DNA of 64,000 nucleotides, taken from IMG/VR virus record IMGVR_UViG_3300041964_000089. One strand, written 5' to 3'. The stretch's first letter is position 1. The number at the start of each line of letters is the position of its first letter. Made by a program: the position numbers and the translations under genes. Below are positions 50,401 through 59,637 of this stretch, one piece after another. The notes beneath the pieces were generated by a model. That model was not told the origin of the DNA and made no database searches. It saw only the letters and a list, made by a program, of their open reading frames with translations. This DNA is from an uncultured virus (IMG/VR IMGVR_UViG_3300041964_000089) (taxonomy: Duplodnaviria > Heunggongvirae > Uroviricota > Caudoviricetes).

Positions 50401-51732
50401 CGGCAGTTGTCGGCTCGATCGGGATTAGCTGAAGCAACCAACGGGCTAGAGCAGCAGCGTTTAGAATTCTTGATGTCTCAGGCCGAGATTACGGGCAATA
50501 CGGCTCAGAAGGAACAGCTCAAAACCCAGTTATATCAACAGCAGTTAGCAGCGCTCGACCGATCGCAGCAAGCGCAGCAACAATCGTTCGAGATTAGCCA
50601 GAAACAGAAACAGATTGAGCTAGACAGGCAAGAAATTCAAGCCAAGATTGCCACTTTTGAAGCCGAGGCTAACATTGCCAAAGCCAAAGCCGACAACAGT
50701 TCCGCTCAGCAGATTTCAGCGTTGGAATCAGTCTATAAACTCAGGCAAGAAGCTTTAGGTCAGCTTAGTCAAATGCGAACAGCCGAAGGACAAATTGCAA
50801 ACCTTGAGCGACAAAAGTTGAACACCGAGCAATTGTCGGCGCGGGAGAAACTGCGCCAGACAAACCAGCTTGAGAAAATGAAGCAAGCTTATGATGCAAA
50901 TAATAAAGCCCTTGAAAAGAAAAAAGAGTTAGAAAAGTCAGAACCTATTGATACAAGTGGCGGTATCACTTGGATGGACAAAGCCCAGGGCCCGTGGTTT
51001 GAAAATGCCAAAAACCCATTCCAAGAAACTGCCGAAAAGTATTTTGCTGCTTCAATCCCGCCTGATTTAGCACCGATCGCACCGGACGCACTTAAAACCG
51101 ACCCGCTGCTAACAAGTAAAACACCAGACACCGCGCAGCAGTTGGCTAATATGCAAGTAACGGCTCAGAACGTATACTTGACTGGAACTGTTGCAGAAGT
51201 CCAAAAACCTGCTGATTGGTTATCCCAGACACTTGCCAACATCAGCACTCCGGTTGCCCAAGTTCAACCGATGGATGTAACGGCTCAACGAGAAGCTGCC
51301 AAAGCTAAAGTCGAGCAAGCACAATCCGCGCTGTCGGCTGCGATCGCCCGTCAAAATGCCGAGGCTCGAAATTTAACTATCGATCCAGCCGAAGCAGCAA
51401 AGCAAGGATTGCAGGCTGCGGCCTCGGCTAGGGATTTTGCGGCTCAGATTCGAGCAGACCTAAAATCCGGCGCGCTCAAAAACCAAGTTACGGGCCAGAC
51501 TGTTGCTCTGAACCTGCCCCCCACATTGTCAGAGTTGGCGTCAAACTTGGCTAATGCAGAGGCGGCACTGAAAGAAGTTAAAGACCCTGTTGGCGTGGAA
51601 TCAATCTATAATTCAATAGAAGAGATAAAAACTATATTGAAGAACTTGCCCACAGGAAACCTGACTGTAGTTTCTCAAAACCCAGTGGCTGAGTGTGGAG
51701 AAATATTGAGCGCTCTTACTAGAAGAAAATAG
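44476..51732 (+). CDS. Tape measure protein (2418 aa)
   Basis: TP901-type core, TM segments, Ala/Gln-rich coiled-coil repeats. Confidence 0.88.
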   Translation: MYGGVSIPVSLGLGGFQQQVGVATRALQGVGLAGGTASQRVAQVAIAAKQFVNLAVPASIFASQIAQSVLGMTQLSTKVAAVANFFAANYFPLPFLNPINQGILQTVVFMRQAGAIQSVISSAITSFTNLGFSGKLAFSTILTGGLAAAPQVMAFFLNQAALVNQVFVTGLIPNIITVNALMTTYQSLFATALANPVRYTDFVVLGGILKELVPRASLLGETLNTMITPIKFGRAAQGFIAYLNLLGTEVTMLTTQVNMLTTGLAASAASLIGGGSFLLPGQLSPGPTVVDMFQNQQGVEEAVQYQILTDNLRALGEVSGATSGQIDNVNRAIFNVGTGTKQNIDQVANSASSLKRAGVEITEIPDAIKSLGFAASATNEDMMALSKTTLELTNVFTGLTISEGADVLTAVSVKTGIATNQLATSIVGASGIAKSAGLNFKETALLIGSMGAAGISGSNASATLEAAIISLQQIAGDYNKNTKSNGVSALSALGLSKADIVDASGNVNSIEAIIQSFQSRIAEFNNAGKQSQVAPLISQVFGSQSANEMLALFNQSSSAINELKQSINNAGGVSQKVSDSQMTSLAGTLDRLTDGARAVSITVGQFLSPILSGFLQPIAALTEGFLKLPPALQLTALSLSVVGPLALVVFQGTKLLVTWTKLWAAAQVAAGVAADIFTGKLTALQIKQAIAAQWTEITTKVTQGYSFALGVLTGQISAAEAKQTILNASQAFGVANAAEFFNTTRASIAILGDYAKHLLIGTTNIRLFSVSQLASAAATGIKNTITNTAIALTKAQTYVDLAQNAVTLTQVGINKIVSGSIAAKTFVLGLFTRQQATANTQQSLSTTISLIAAQAKNIYAIAVGRASAATLGFIGTMATLAVRFALLAAAAWAVSQAWNSFSAGVKEANGIKETADNINKLTTELTGLQIKANDSGNAFQQFWETVQKKGPIEAVQQGLSKVTGGMPDDAYGKGERGWGLLQGKGSVITSSQLAAQRAMFATEQVSKAVNTQLELGVGVMQKYGVETLDVADKQRLGAQGIANFKAEATRQVDTLNKTLEALKAQQPVNDEQKAFIQTNIKLTEQQVRILRGKIVALESETATTKVHILTLEELTQKYKDLAHASELANLQATASIEEAAAKGKDRGGISQEEKTKRLSVLGKTEINERVQSNDNKLKDLKAASIGAKPEDATKIAEEVKRIEVDQLKARIDTAKHEQQEKKSLNEELLASSKELEDAVTAKQQLSSQNQITAIKKAQAARTYSAEEAAAKIAMIETTDLQASIARETEKQQKLNQLRQWGVISEEEARKGMRESVGEVAKIQGQIAESELKKTQEQATARAKAIEEQAKLAKLKPEQELAKLDTRSFASDQQSKLVGAQSGVGDARSELDKQRLGFALQLAELNNNQSQQEQIKGQIYQQQLVSLTQQQESKRQELALSQQQQAIELERKRIQSEIAVLEGQSALQVAQAQGASATEVAALQQSIALKQQIVAQVATEQANQGKINSLSSEQLAIQQQTAKEGLVQQRQIDLQREAIEKRTKAIEEGLNRARALSEAQSQKLEFKGQDIGAEISKQKLLADISQSQFNLQKQRLEFSLQTAELTGQESTKEQLKQQIYQQQQASLIAQHRAQKTSLQLSNQQAAIELERKRIQGEIALLEAQANLESAQAKNASATEISSLQAVIALRQKSVDYISTEESNQSKINQLTSQHLRLEQQIAREGMEQQRQLEMQKLAIEKRTKAIENGLIRSRTAMEGQSQKLEFKGQGVGGEIDKQKGVTDLQQSQSALQKQQLDFALQRAELTGNESAKEQIKEQIYQQQKAALVAQQQAQVVGIGLSRQQAVIELERQKLSAQIALTEAQANVAKAQITKTTSAAEMEALRATVGYRQQALGQITAQAAVSKQVQSIEDQKLVIERQTTMENLVQTRELERQKEAIEKQKQAIEERLQAQKSGLENRQGKLELSNQLLDLESRQLSARSGLAEATNGLEQQRLEFLMSQAEITGNTAQKEQLKTQLYQQQLAALDRSQQAQQQSFEISQKQKQIELDRQEIQAKIATFEAEANIAKAKADNSSAQQISALESVYKLRQEALGQLSQMRTAEGQIANLERQKLNTEQLSAREKLRQTNQLEKMKQAYDANNKALEKKKELEKSEPIDTSGGITWMDKAQGPWFENAKNPFQETAEKYFAASIPPDLAPIAPDALKTDPLLTSKTPDTAQQLANMQVTAQNVYLTGTVAEVQKPADWLSQTLANISTPVAQVQPMDVTAQREAAKAKVEQAQSALSAAIARQNAEARNLTIDPAEAAKQGLQAAASARDFAAQIRADLKSGALKNQVTGQTVALNLPPTLSELASNLANAEAALKEVKDPVGVESIYNSIEEIKTILKNLPTGNLTVVSQNPVAECGEILSALTRRK

Positions 51733-51746
51733 AACAGACTTAAATC

Positions 51747-52343
51747 ATGTTACATAAAACAAAGTTTGAAACACCAGAACTTGCTCAAAAAGTTGCTCAG
51801 CACTTGCGTCACGCAACAGTAGAAGGTGATTACCTTGTTACAATAGATTTTGACGACGCAGCTTTTGATTTAGCTATTGGCTTAGAAAAACTAACCTGGG
51901 GTGATGACAATTGTTACATCAAAGAGCCGCGTTACGAAAATAAACCTCACTGTCGGTTCAAACCTGAGTTTTTCATCAATGAAAATCGTGAAATGTTTTG
52001 GACAGTGTGCGGATATAGTAGACACGTAGGAGAACAGTTAAATTTGTCAAAAACGTTTATATCAAACAGGGTTAGAGAGTGTTTAAATACTGGAAAGATT
52101 CAACTAGGAGATATACCAGAGTATAGGCAGGAGATGCCGACTTATATCAAAATAATCAAAGCTAGAAAAAACATTCCTTTAATCCCTGAAAATGTGCTTG
52201 CAGATTGGTTTATGCAAGATTCGGCGGAACTGACAAAAATTCATTTAATAGAAGGAATAAGACGCCTGAACTCTACGTTTTTAGAGGTTTCAGGTAGTGT
52301 TCATTACAATAGGAACAAAGGTAAGCTTCCGCGAAGCGCTTAG
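51747..52343 (+). CDS. Hypothetical protein (moron-like)
   Basis: Non-structural composition, located after the tape measure. Confidence 0.55.
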   Translation: MLHKTKFETPELAQKVAQHLRHATVEGDYLVTIDFDDAAFDLAIGLEKLTWGDDNCYIKEPRYENKPHCRFKPEFFINENREMFWTVCGYSRHVGEQLNLSKTFISNRVRECLNTGKIQLGDIPEYRQEMPTYIKIIKARKNIPLIPENVLADWFMQDSAELTKIHLIEGIRRLNSTFLEVSGSVHYNRNKGKLPRSA

Positions 52344-52539
52344 GCTTAATTTTCTTGTTAATTATAGTGTGACTGTGATACAATATTTGCAAGGAAGTTT
52401 ATGGTAACGAAATTCACGCAAAAACATGATGAATTTAAGAAGTGCGAATACGAAGAACAGCAAAAGTGGATAGATGGGATTTTTGCAACTGGCGATACTT
52501 TTCCTAACAAAAAGCAGAAAGCTAAAAAAGGAGGCGGTA

Positions 52540-53034
52540 ATGCCTTACCCAACGATTGAAGACTACCCATACTTACAGCTAGATATTGACGGTAAATCAG
52601 TCAAATTAAATCAATTTACCAGCTACTCTAGAAAAGTATTGCACGGCGCAAAAATAGATTATGCTTTTAGCGGGAACGCCATCGTCAAACGTACCCCGCA
52701 CGAGCCTAAACATTTGTGGACGGTGACAGCACTGGTAGATTGGGCAACTCGCAATCAGTTTTCGTTAATAACTAAATTGGCTGACACTAAAATATTTGCT
52801 CCACCGTTTAATAGTTATAAATTAACTCTTAGCGATATATTTTTGAGTATAATTGAACCAACGATATCTCGCCCTAAAGCTGATGTTTTTCAGTCGGTGG
52901 GGATGATTGGAGATATTGAATATTTTGCCAAGTTCTTGGTGGCGATTGATTTGAGTTCGATCGAAGAACAACCACTTGGCGACTGGGTGCAATTAAGCTT
53001 TATAATGAATGAGTTGGAAAAACTTACCACGTGA
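52540..53034 (+). CDS. Probable distal-tail protein
   Basis: AGGAGG before MPYPT; size and position. Confidence 0.55.
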   Translation: MPYPTIEDYPYLQLDIDGKSVKLNQFTSYSRKVLHGAKIDYAFSGNAIVKRTPHEPKHLWTVTALVDWATRNQFSLITKLADTKIFAPPFNSYKLTLSDIFLSIIEPTISRPKADVFQSVGMIGDIEYFAKFLVAIDLSSIEEQPLGDWVQLSFIMNELEKLTT

Positions 53035-53044
53035 GGTCATTAAA

Positions 53045-53272
53045 ATGCGTTCAGATTTTGAAGAGCTAATAAAACAAGAAACAGAGCGAGCGGAGTTAAG
53101 CAGAAAAGTTTTTGAACTTACGAAACAAGCTACTTTAGAAAACGCACGCCAAAATTTTACATCTCAACAAAATTTGTTAAACCTTGAAAACGGTTTTATT
53201 GAACAAAAAAGAGAGCTAGAAAAAGAAATTTTGCACCGACAACAAGAAATTGAATCAATTGGGTGCAGTTGA
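53045..53272 (+). CDS. Small coiled-coil protein inside a duplicated-end cassette
   Basis: MRSDFEELIKQ...; flanked by copies of the upstream gene's 3' end. Confidence 0.5.
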   Translation: MRSDFEELIKQETERAELSRKVFELTKQATLENARQNFTSQQNLLNLENGFIEQKRELEKEILHRQQEIESIGCS

Positions 53273-53292
53273 GTTTTATAATGAATGAGTTA

Positions 53293-53391
53293 AGCTGTTC
53301 AGCATTTAAATTGTATCTCAAAAAACAATAAAACTCTTGTGGGGTGGGCGTCCCGCCCGCCTCAAATATGCAATTTAAATGCGCGACAGCT
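53293..53391. mobile_element. MITE with TA target duplication (IS630/Tc1-mariner-type)
   Basis: TIRs AGCTGTTCAGCATTTAAATTG / CAATTTAAATGCGCGACAGCT; removing it restores GAG TTA GAA. Confidence 0.8.
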
Positions 53392-53489
53392 TAGAAAAAC
53401 TTACAGCATAATTCAGTTAAACTTTACAATGAATGAAGTGAAAAAACTTACCGTGTAAATTTATTTTTTTGCAAATTGCGCGAACTTCA

Positions 53490-53759
53490 CTAAAAAACGT
53501 CTCCCCGCGTAGTGTGGTATTTAGTTTCGGCAAAACAATTTTCTTGTTTAACAATTTCTATTTCACGTATTTTTGTATAGGGAATGTAATCCGTATTAGT
53601 TAAATCAGGTTTTTCATAATGCAAATACACGCGTCCACTTGTGGGCAAGTATTCAACCAGTTGCAATTCATCAGACAAACCGTTCACTACAAAAACCCAA
53701 ACAGCAGCGTCGGGGTTGCATTTTTCAAGCAGTTTCATTAGCTGACTGGCTGTAATCAT
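53490..53759 (-). CDS. Hypothetical protein (paralog of 19227-19529)
   Basis: LMKLLEKCNP...VYL...IEIV..ENCF. Confidence 0.6.
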   Translation of the reverse strand: MITASQLMKLLEKCNPDAAVWVFVVNGLSDELQLVEYLPTSGRVYLHYEKPDLTNTDYIPYTKIREIEIVKQENCFAETKYHTTRGDVF

Positions 53760-53915
53760 TAGAAATGTTGCAAAAAATTGTGTACCGAACGCACTTAATT
53801 TACCTGAAAAAATAGTGTTAATAGAACGCTGTCGGTTTAATATTTTTTATTTTACCATTTTTTACGTATACTTGTTATTATTTATATACAAATAATAAAA
53901 AAAACAAAACGACTC

Positions 53916-56558
53916 ATGACCGTAAATGCAGCCAGACCGAATAAGTTGATTGTTGCGGGGTTAGAGTTTCCGGGTTTTATTCGCTATGCCTGTGACGAGA
54001 ACGAGCTTGACACTAGCGGTTGCATTTTGGCAACAGGTACGATCGAGATTGACAATCATCATTCCAACCCGCAATCGCTCAACGATCGGATTAACCGCTG
54101 GTGGTGTTGGGGCAAACGGATAGAAGTTCACATCTTGGGCAGTGACGGCGTTTATCGGCTACACCCTCGCGGCGTGATGTACCTCATTCGATCGTTCTAC
54201 AGCCTTGAGGGGCGACTGACGTTGCAGGTTGGCTGCTTACTGTCGCTGCTCAAGAACCGTTCGATCGACGACTTCCGTGAAGACAACAAAATCCCCAAGG
54301 AAACAGCGTCTACCGTTCAAGAACCGCAGGACGGGTACACAGAAGAGACAGCGCTGATTGTAATTTCCTACTCGTCCCCCGGTGTCGCGTTCTCATCATC
54401 AAGCAGTAGTTCGTCGCCGTCGCCGTCGCCATCCCCCACGCCAACACCAGCGCCGACTGGTGACTTGACTCTGCCCCCAATTTTTCGGGAATTTCAAAAG
54501 TCAAAATTCTATAACATTCAGTCAATCGTCACTTTTTTGCTCGGACGCGCCGGAGTAACCACAATTCGCGGCAGTGTTGGCGGAAAAATTCGGGGTCCGA
54601 TCAGTTTCAATGGTTCGTTAATACAGCAGGCAGGTGAGTTGTGTTTCAAAGCTTCCCCGCCAAGCTACATCTGGGCTGATAAGGATACCATCCGGATTAC
54701 GCCAATTAACGTCACCAACAACCCCACAGCGCTGGTTGTAGTTATCGGCAAAGACGAGGTGGAATATGCACCTCTTGATAGCGGGCTAGATGCTATTAAA
54801 GAGTTGGTCGTTACCGGGAATATTGACAAAAAAAATACTGAAAAACCCGAAGGTTCAACAGAAACAGTTAATGCTGACGGCAGTAAGGAAACAGTATCAG
54901 TCACCCAAGATTTTGGTCCTGAGACAATAATCAATTTTAATGGTAATGCCAGTACCGAAATACTACTTTCAACTACCACTACGACTGAGCGAATTCAAGC
55001 AAATCAAAAAATTGTAACAACAGTTCGAGTAGAACGGCGTGGGTTGGTTGTACCAAATTCCAAGACAAATCGCAGTAGTTTTGTTGAAAGTTTTCGCAGC
55101 ACTTTTACGCAATATTTTAGCCAAACACCAGCAAATAATGGCAGGCTAGACTATGAAGAAGAAGAAATAAAAGAGCCAGTATGTAAAGTTTTAGCTGGAT
55201 TTTTTGGAACTTATTCAGACGTAAATTTTTCTATGCCACTGGGGTTTGATGCCGTAGGTGGACAAACACGACCTGCTGATAGTTGGTTGCTACAAACCAC
55301 TCTAATTTTAAGTAGTAAGACCCAAACAAGCTACACTTATAATACGAAAGGAGTTCAAATTGCAAAAACTTCCGTAATTCAAGAATACGTTTCAAAAATT
55401 TTGACAACTTATTGGCCCTTTGTTGGAACATTGGCGCCAAGCAAAAAAACTACTGAAACCTGGAACCGATCGGGTGCAAATGAAAGGCATCAAATAACCG
55501 CTAAAACTACTTATGAAGAACGTTATGCTTCGGGTTTAGAAGAACTTGATGAAAATTTGTGGCAAAGTAAAGCAAATGCAGGAGTAAGTGAGGTTACAAG
55601 TATTCCAATTTACACTCGAACGGGTGATGTTGAAGGATCAAGTACAATCACATATTCTGCGCGGAATATAAATACTTTTCAGGTTAAGCATGACATCAGA
55701 ATGTCTTTGGTAACAGAAAAAGATGGGGATAAAGTTGAATTGTCGCGCGCCGGACTGGCTAACGCACCTGCTACAGAGTATCTTCCAAGTTACTCGGCAG
55801 CAGGAACTGACGGGGAAGCAACTGATGATTGGGAAGACGAGCAGATAAAAGTCAAAAAATATTGGAATTTTGATTTTAGTTGTTCTGGGCAAATCCCGCC
55901 CAAAGAATTTGCTGATATTGGCAAAGTTCCAAGCCAGCAAATCTTGTCCCAAATTGCAGACATTCTTTATTTTTACAGGCAGGGAAAGAGTAAGGCTTAT
56001 GAGTTAACGATCGAGATTGGTGATTGGTGGATGTCTGGGCTGTACCGGCCCGCGATCACGGTGCAAATTGTGGAACCCGACAACAACGCCCTAACCTATT
56101 TGTTAACGGGTCTCAATTTTTCCTGCGAACCGGACGCTAATTTGATTCTTGGAGATTTATGGTGGATAGGCGGCACAGCAAGTTCTCTGATTAGCAGTAC
56201 GCTGGGGAACTGGCTGGAAACTGGTGTTAGGATTGTTGATGAAGAGGTAATTTTTCAGGTTGGCGATCGAGTTGAAGTAGGTGCGATCGGTGGAACTATC
56301 CCCGGCATTGCGCCAAATCGCTACTGGATTACAGCGGTACAGACTGTTGAAGGTGTCCAGCAAATTCAATTATCTGCAACTCAAAACGGTGCCGCCGTTG
56401 CTGTTACAGGCACAATTGTTGGGCAACCTAGAATTACAACAGTAGTGGCTAAAGAGCCAATTTTGGCATTCGCTCAACTCAAAAAATGGCTAGAAATTAC
56501 GCCTACAGACTGGTTGCAAACAAACTTAAATGATTGGTTATTGCTAGAAGTTAATTAA
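53916..56558 (+). CDS. Tail tip/baseplate hub-like protein
   Basis: 880 aa, Thr-rich, S/P linker, located in the tail module. Confidence 0.65.
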   Translation: MTVNAARPNKLIVAGLEFPGFIRYACDENELDTSGCILATGTIEIDNHHSNPQSLNDRINRWWCWGKRIEVHILGSDGVYRLHPRGVMYLIRSFYSLEGRLTLQVGCLLSLLKNRSIDDFREDNKIPKETASTVQEPQDGYTEETALIVISYSSPGVAFSSSSSSSSPSPSPSPTPTPAPTGDLTLPPIFREFQKSKFYNIQSIVTFLLGRAGVTTIRGSVGGKIRGPISFNGSLIQQAGELCFKASPPSYIWADKDTIRITPINVTNNPTALVVVIGKDEVEYAPLDSGLDAIKELVVTGNIDKKNTEKPEGSTETVNADGSKETVSVTQDFGPETIINFNGNASTEILLSTTTTTERIQANQKIVTTVRVERRGLVVPNSKTNRSSFVESFRSTFTQYFSQTPANNGRLDYEEEEIKEPVCKVLAGFFGTYSDVNFSMPLGFDAVGGQTRPADSWLLQTTLILSSKTQTSYTYNTKGVQIAKTSVIQEYVSKILTTYWPFVGTLAPSKKTTETWNRSGANERHQITAKTTYEERYASGLEELDENLWQSKANAGVSEVTSIPIYTRTGDVEGSSTITYSARNINTFQVKHDIRMSLVTEKDGDKVELSRAGLANAPATEYLPSYSAAGTDGEATDDWEDEQIKVKKYWNFDFSCSGQIPPKEFADIGKVPSQQILSQIADILYFYRQGKSKAYELTIEIGDWWMSGLYRPAITVQIVEPDNNALTYLLTGLNFSCEPDANLILGDLWWIGGTASSLISSTLGNWLETGVRIVDEEVIFQVGDRVEVGAIGGTIPGIAPNRYWITAVQTVEGVQQIQLSATQNGAAVAVTGTIVGQPRITTVVAKEPILAFAQLKKWLEITPTDWLQTNLNDWLLLEVN

Positions 56559-56565
56559 AATATTT

Positions 56566-56862
56566 ATGACTCCCCACCGCCTAAAAGTTCGCGCCGCTAT
56601 GCGACGCTACGGACAATCGCAATCGCCCAGTCAAATTCAAAATACTTTGGTGCAAACCGGGACTTTATCAGCCGATCGGCTGACACCCGCTGCCGAGGTT
56701 GGCAAATTCCAACAATTCAACGCCGAAGCGGGACGCTACGTGTTTGCCAGCAGCACCCAATCCGTACAAGTAGCGCCTTCTCAGATTCTCTCAAACGGTC
56801 GGCTTGGCGTAGGGCAAAAAGTCCTCTTGGCTCAAGGAACAGCTGATTTTATACCCGCGTAA
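56566..56862 (+). CDS. Small tail-tip protein
   Basis: FNAEAG...LSNG..GQKV shared with the N-terminus of the next gene. Confidence 0.55.
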   Translation: MTPHRLKVRAAMRRYGQSQSPSQIQNTLVQTGTLSADRLTPAAEVGKFQQFNAEAGRYVFASSTQSVQVAPSQILSNGRLGVGQKVLLAQGTADFIPA

Positions 56863-56865
56863 GCT

Positions 56866-59637
56866 ATGCCAGACATTAACGACGTTAACGGCAACCCGGC
56901 GATCGAGACAGACGAACCTCTGTCAATTCAAGCGGCAAATGAGTGGGCAATTGAGGTACGGGGACAAGCCGATCCGCGCAAGGCTGCGATCGAGCGGTTG
57001 AAGTGCGCGGCGGCACAGCGTCGGGAGCGCAAACCAGTAAACCCCCTTGAGTCGCTAAAATCCGACCCTAGCTACAAGGTCGGAACGTTTAACGCTGAAG
57101 CGGGTGCGTTTAACGTTGAAAATAATGATGGCAAGAAATTGCTAGGTCAAAGCTTAAGTAACGGAAATGTGAGAGATGGGCAAAAGGTGCGATCGTTTTT
57201 CACCCCTAATGGGCAAGTTGTTATCGACGTTAAACCAAAGGGACGGCATATTATAATTCCTAAACCTGAGCCAAAAGTTTCTGTAAAAGAACCAGATATC
57301 TGGCCCGTTACAAGCTGTTTTTTGTATTCCAAACTTAAAGAAGCACAAGAAGATTTTACGGATAATATAGCAACTGACTTGACTTCTTACGATGCTTGGC
57401 AAGCTGTAAATGTCACAGGAACAAATGAGCGGGTGATTTTATTTACTCAACGTTCTGACACTATGGGAGATTATGAGACAGCGAATGATGCACTAAGCAA
57501 TAACCTTAAAGAAGATAGAAAGTTAAAGCCTGGAAATACTGGCGCAGGTTCTGGCGGTGCGTCTGATGACGCAGCTTGGGGCGCGAAATCTCCTGACGCA
57601 AGAATTATCTGGTACTGCATTGGCGACCCTGCAAATATACTGCCAAATGGAAAAATATTTAAAGTGTCGGGTCCTTCAACTCATCCAAGCTCAGGAAATG
57701 ACCCAACTTCAGGGCCAGGGTTTGTAATGCAAGTTTATGGGAGTTTTATTGCTTCTGCTATTTTTCCCCATGAAGACATGGGGAAAGGCCCTTTGACAAA
57801 AAAGCTTAAAGAATCTTTTCCTGACCTAGGAGGACAAATTGGCTACGCTGGTTTGATTGAGCGATGGAGAGGACAACAAGATTATGCAAGTTCTAGTGGC
57901 GTGTATTACTTTCGTGAGACTCCTCTTGCAAATGAATCTCCGCAAACTCCTGTTAGTTTCCCGTCGGGATATGTCCAAGGTAGTACAAATCCTTGGTTGG
58001 CTACCGGATCAAATTGGTTTCAATTTGGATGGCCAGACCCTCAATATATTGGTTGCGCTTCAACATCATGGATTAACGCTGAAAGCAGTGCGTTCACAGG
58101 GCTAGATTGCGGAGGGTCAATACCTAATGATAAATGGTACTGGGGGGGAGACGCAACTCCGAATTATGGTCGTATAGATAAAGACAATTCAAGTGGTTAT
58201 ATTAACTCTTCAGGAATGTTTGTTTGTTGGAGAGGACATAAAGACCACGCAGGTATGGCAATGTCTTTTTTTCAAGCTTTTAGGGAATATTGGGGAATAC
58301 CTGGAACTGTTACAGTTCTTGGTTCTGTAAATCCTTTTGGATGCGGTACTGGTGACGACCCCAGTGGTGGCGGTGGTGGTTATCCACCGCCACCACCGGG
58401 GCTACGCAGATTTCTTGTTACGCAATTAGGAAGAAAAGCCGAAATATGGCTTAAAGTTTGCGAAAAAGATTACCCACCTATTGAGCTAAAATTACCGTTT
58501 GAGTTCGCAGCTCTTATCGAAAAATTTGTTATTCAAGGAAGTCCAAGTATCAATACATTTCCAAATAATCAGCAAAATGTTTTCCTGACTTTTGCTGCTA
58601 ATTTTGGGATAGGATATGCTCTTTCTCTTGAGTGTCCTCATGCAACAATGTCAGTCGATGGTAAATTCATATATGTTAACATTTTGTATGGTGCAGAAAG
58701 AGTTTGGGAGGAACCATTAAGCAAGCCTATTCCTTGTAAATTGTCTAATTTAGGTACTGGTGATTTTACTGGAATTACTTGGTACAGACAACCGGGCAAT
58801 AAAGAAAATGGCAACACTTATATTATTGGACAATACAAGCCACCAAGTATAGTTGAAATCGCTCCTAGGTACAAAGCGGATCATTTTGCATACTGTCAAA
58901 GTTATAAAATAGCTTTACCAACATCATCAACAGACAGAGTTTTAACAATAGTTGGAAGTCAAAGATATAGAAGAGGTGAAATAATAGAGCTAACAGCAGC
59001 ATCTCCTGACAATGAATTTAACAATAAGTTTTTGATTTATGATTTTCGGACAAATAAATTAGAAGATTTAAGGTTGCCTCCTGGCGCTGGAGTAACTACA
59101 GATTTTGCAAGCTGGCAAACTCCTAATCCAGAATATGCAAGTTTTGGTGGATTACCAGCGCTGCTTCAAATTAAGTTTCCGGGATATTCTATTCCTTCTC
59201 TAGCTTACTTTAATGCGATAGAGAAGTTTTATAAACCTCAATCAACTTGGACTGATATGGACAGGATTCATTTTGAATTGTTAGAAGCTCCCGAAACTTT
59301 TTACCCCTTTAATACAGTCTTACCAGTAGGAGAATTTGTTGCTCCAAATACCAGTGGCTTTTACCATCATGTACGATTTAAATTAGATGGTAAATTTGGA
59401 AGAGGAAGCAGAGCTGCACCCATAGATAGAGCTTCTACTTTTGGATACCAAAATAAAGCAGCACCTACTTATTTTACTTTTTCTGCAACTGGCGGGGGTT
59501 ATTTGTTATATACTAGTTTCAAAGAACAATTAATTGGTAGCGGTGTAAAAAATGACCAAGGATTAGTTACAAAGTGGAATAGAATTTCTACTTCTAGCTT
59601 TCCAATTTTTGGACAATTAAGTAGGAATGGTTTTTAA
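56866..59637 (+). CDS. Putative receptor-binding/tail-tip protein
   Basis: 923 aa, G/W/Y-rich; composition shifts to AT-rich after about 57.3 kb. Confidence 0.6.
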   Translation: MPDINDVNGNPAIETDEPLSIQAANEWAIEVRGQADPRKAAIERLKCAAAQRRERKPVNPLESLKSDPSYKVGTFNAEAGAFNVENNDGKKLLGQSLSNGNVRDGQKVRSFFTPNGQVVIDVKPKGRHIIIPKPEPKVSVKEPDIWPVTSCFLYSKLKEAQEDFTDNIATDLTSYDAWQAVNVTGTNERVILFTQRSDTMGDYETANDALSNNLKEDRKLKPGNTGAGSGGASDDAAWGAKSPDARIIWYCIGDPANILPNGKIFKVSGPSTHPSSGNDPTSGPGFVMQVYGSFIASAIFPHEDMGKGPLTKKLKESFPDLGGQIGYAGLIERWRGQQDYASSSGVYYFRETPLANESPQTPVSFPSGYVQGSTNPWLATGSNWFQFGWPDPQYIGCASTSWINAESSAFTGLDCGGSIPNDKWYWGGDATPNYGRIDKDNSSGYINSSGMFVCWRGHKDHAGMAMSFFQAFREYWGIPGTVTVLGSVNPFGCGTGDDPSGGGGGYPPPPPGLRRFLVTQLGRKAEIWLKVCEKDYPPIELKLPFEFAALIEKFVIQGSPSINTFPNNQQNVFLTFAANFGIGYALSLECPHATMSVDGKFIYVNILYGAERVWEEPLSKPIPCKLSNLGTGDFTGITWYRQPGNKENGNTYIIGQYKPPSIVEIAPRYKADHFAYCQSYKIALPTSSTDRVLTIVGSQRYRRGEIIELTAASPDNEFNNKFLIYDFRTNKLEDLRLPPGAGVTTDFASWQTPNPEYASFGGLPALLQIKFPGYSIPSLAYFNAIEKFYKPQSTWTDMDRIHFELLEAPETFYPFNTVLPVGEFVAPNTSGFYHHVRFKLDGKFGRGSRAAPIDRASTFGYQNKAAPTYFTFSATGGGYLLYTSFKEQLIGSGVKNDQGLVTKWNRISTSSFPIFGQLSRNGF

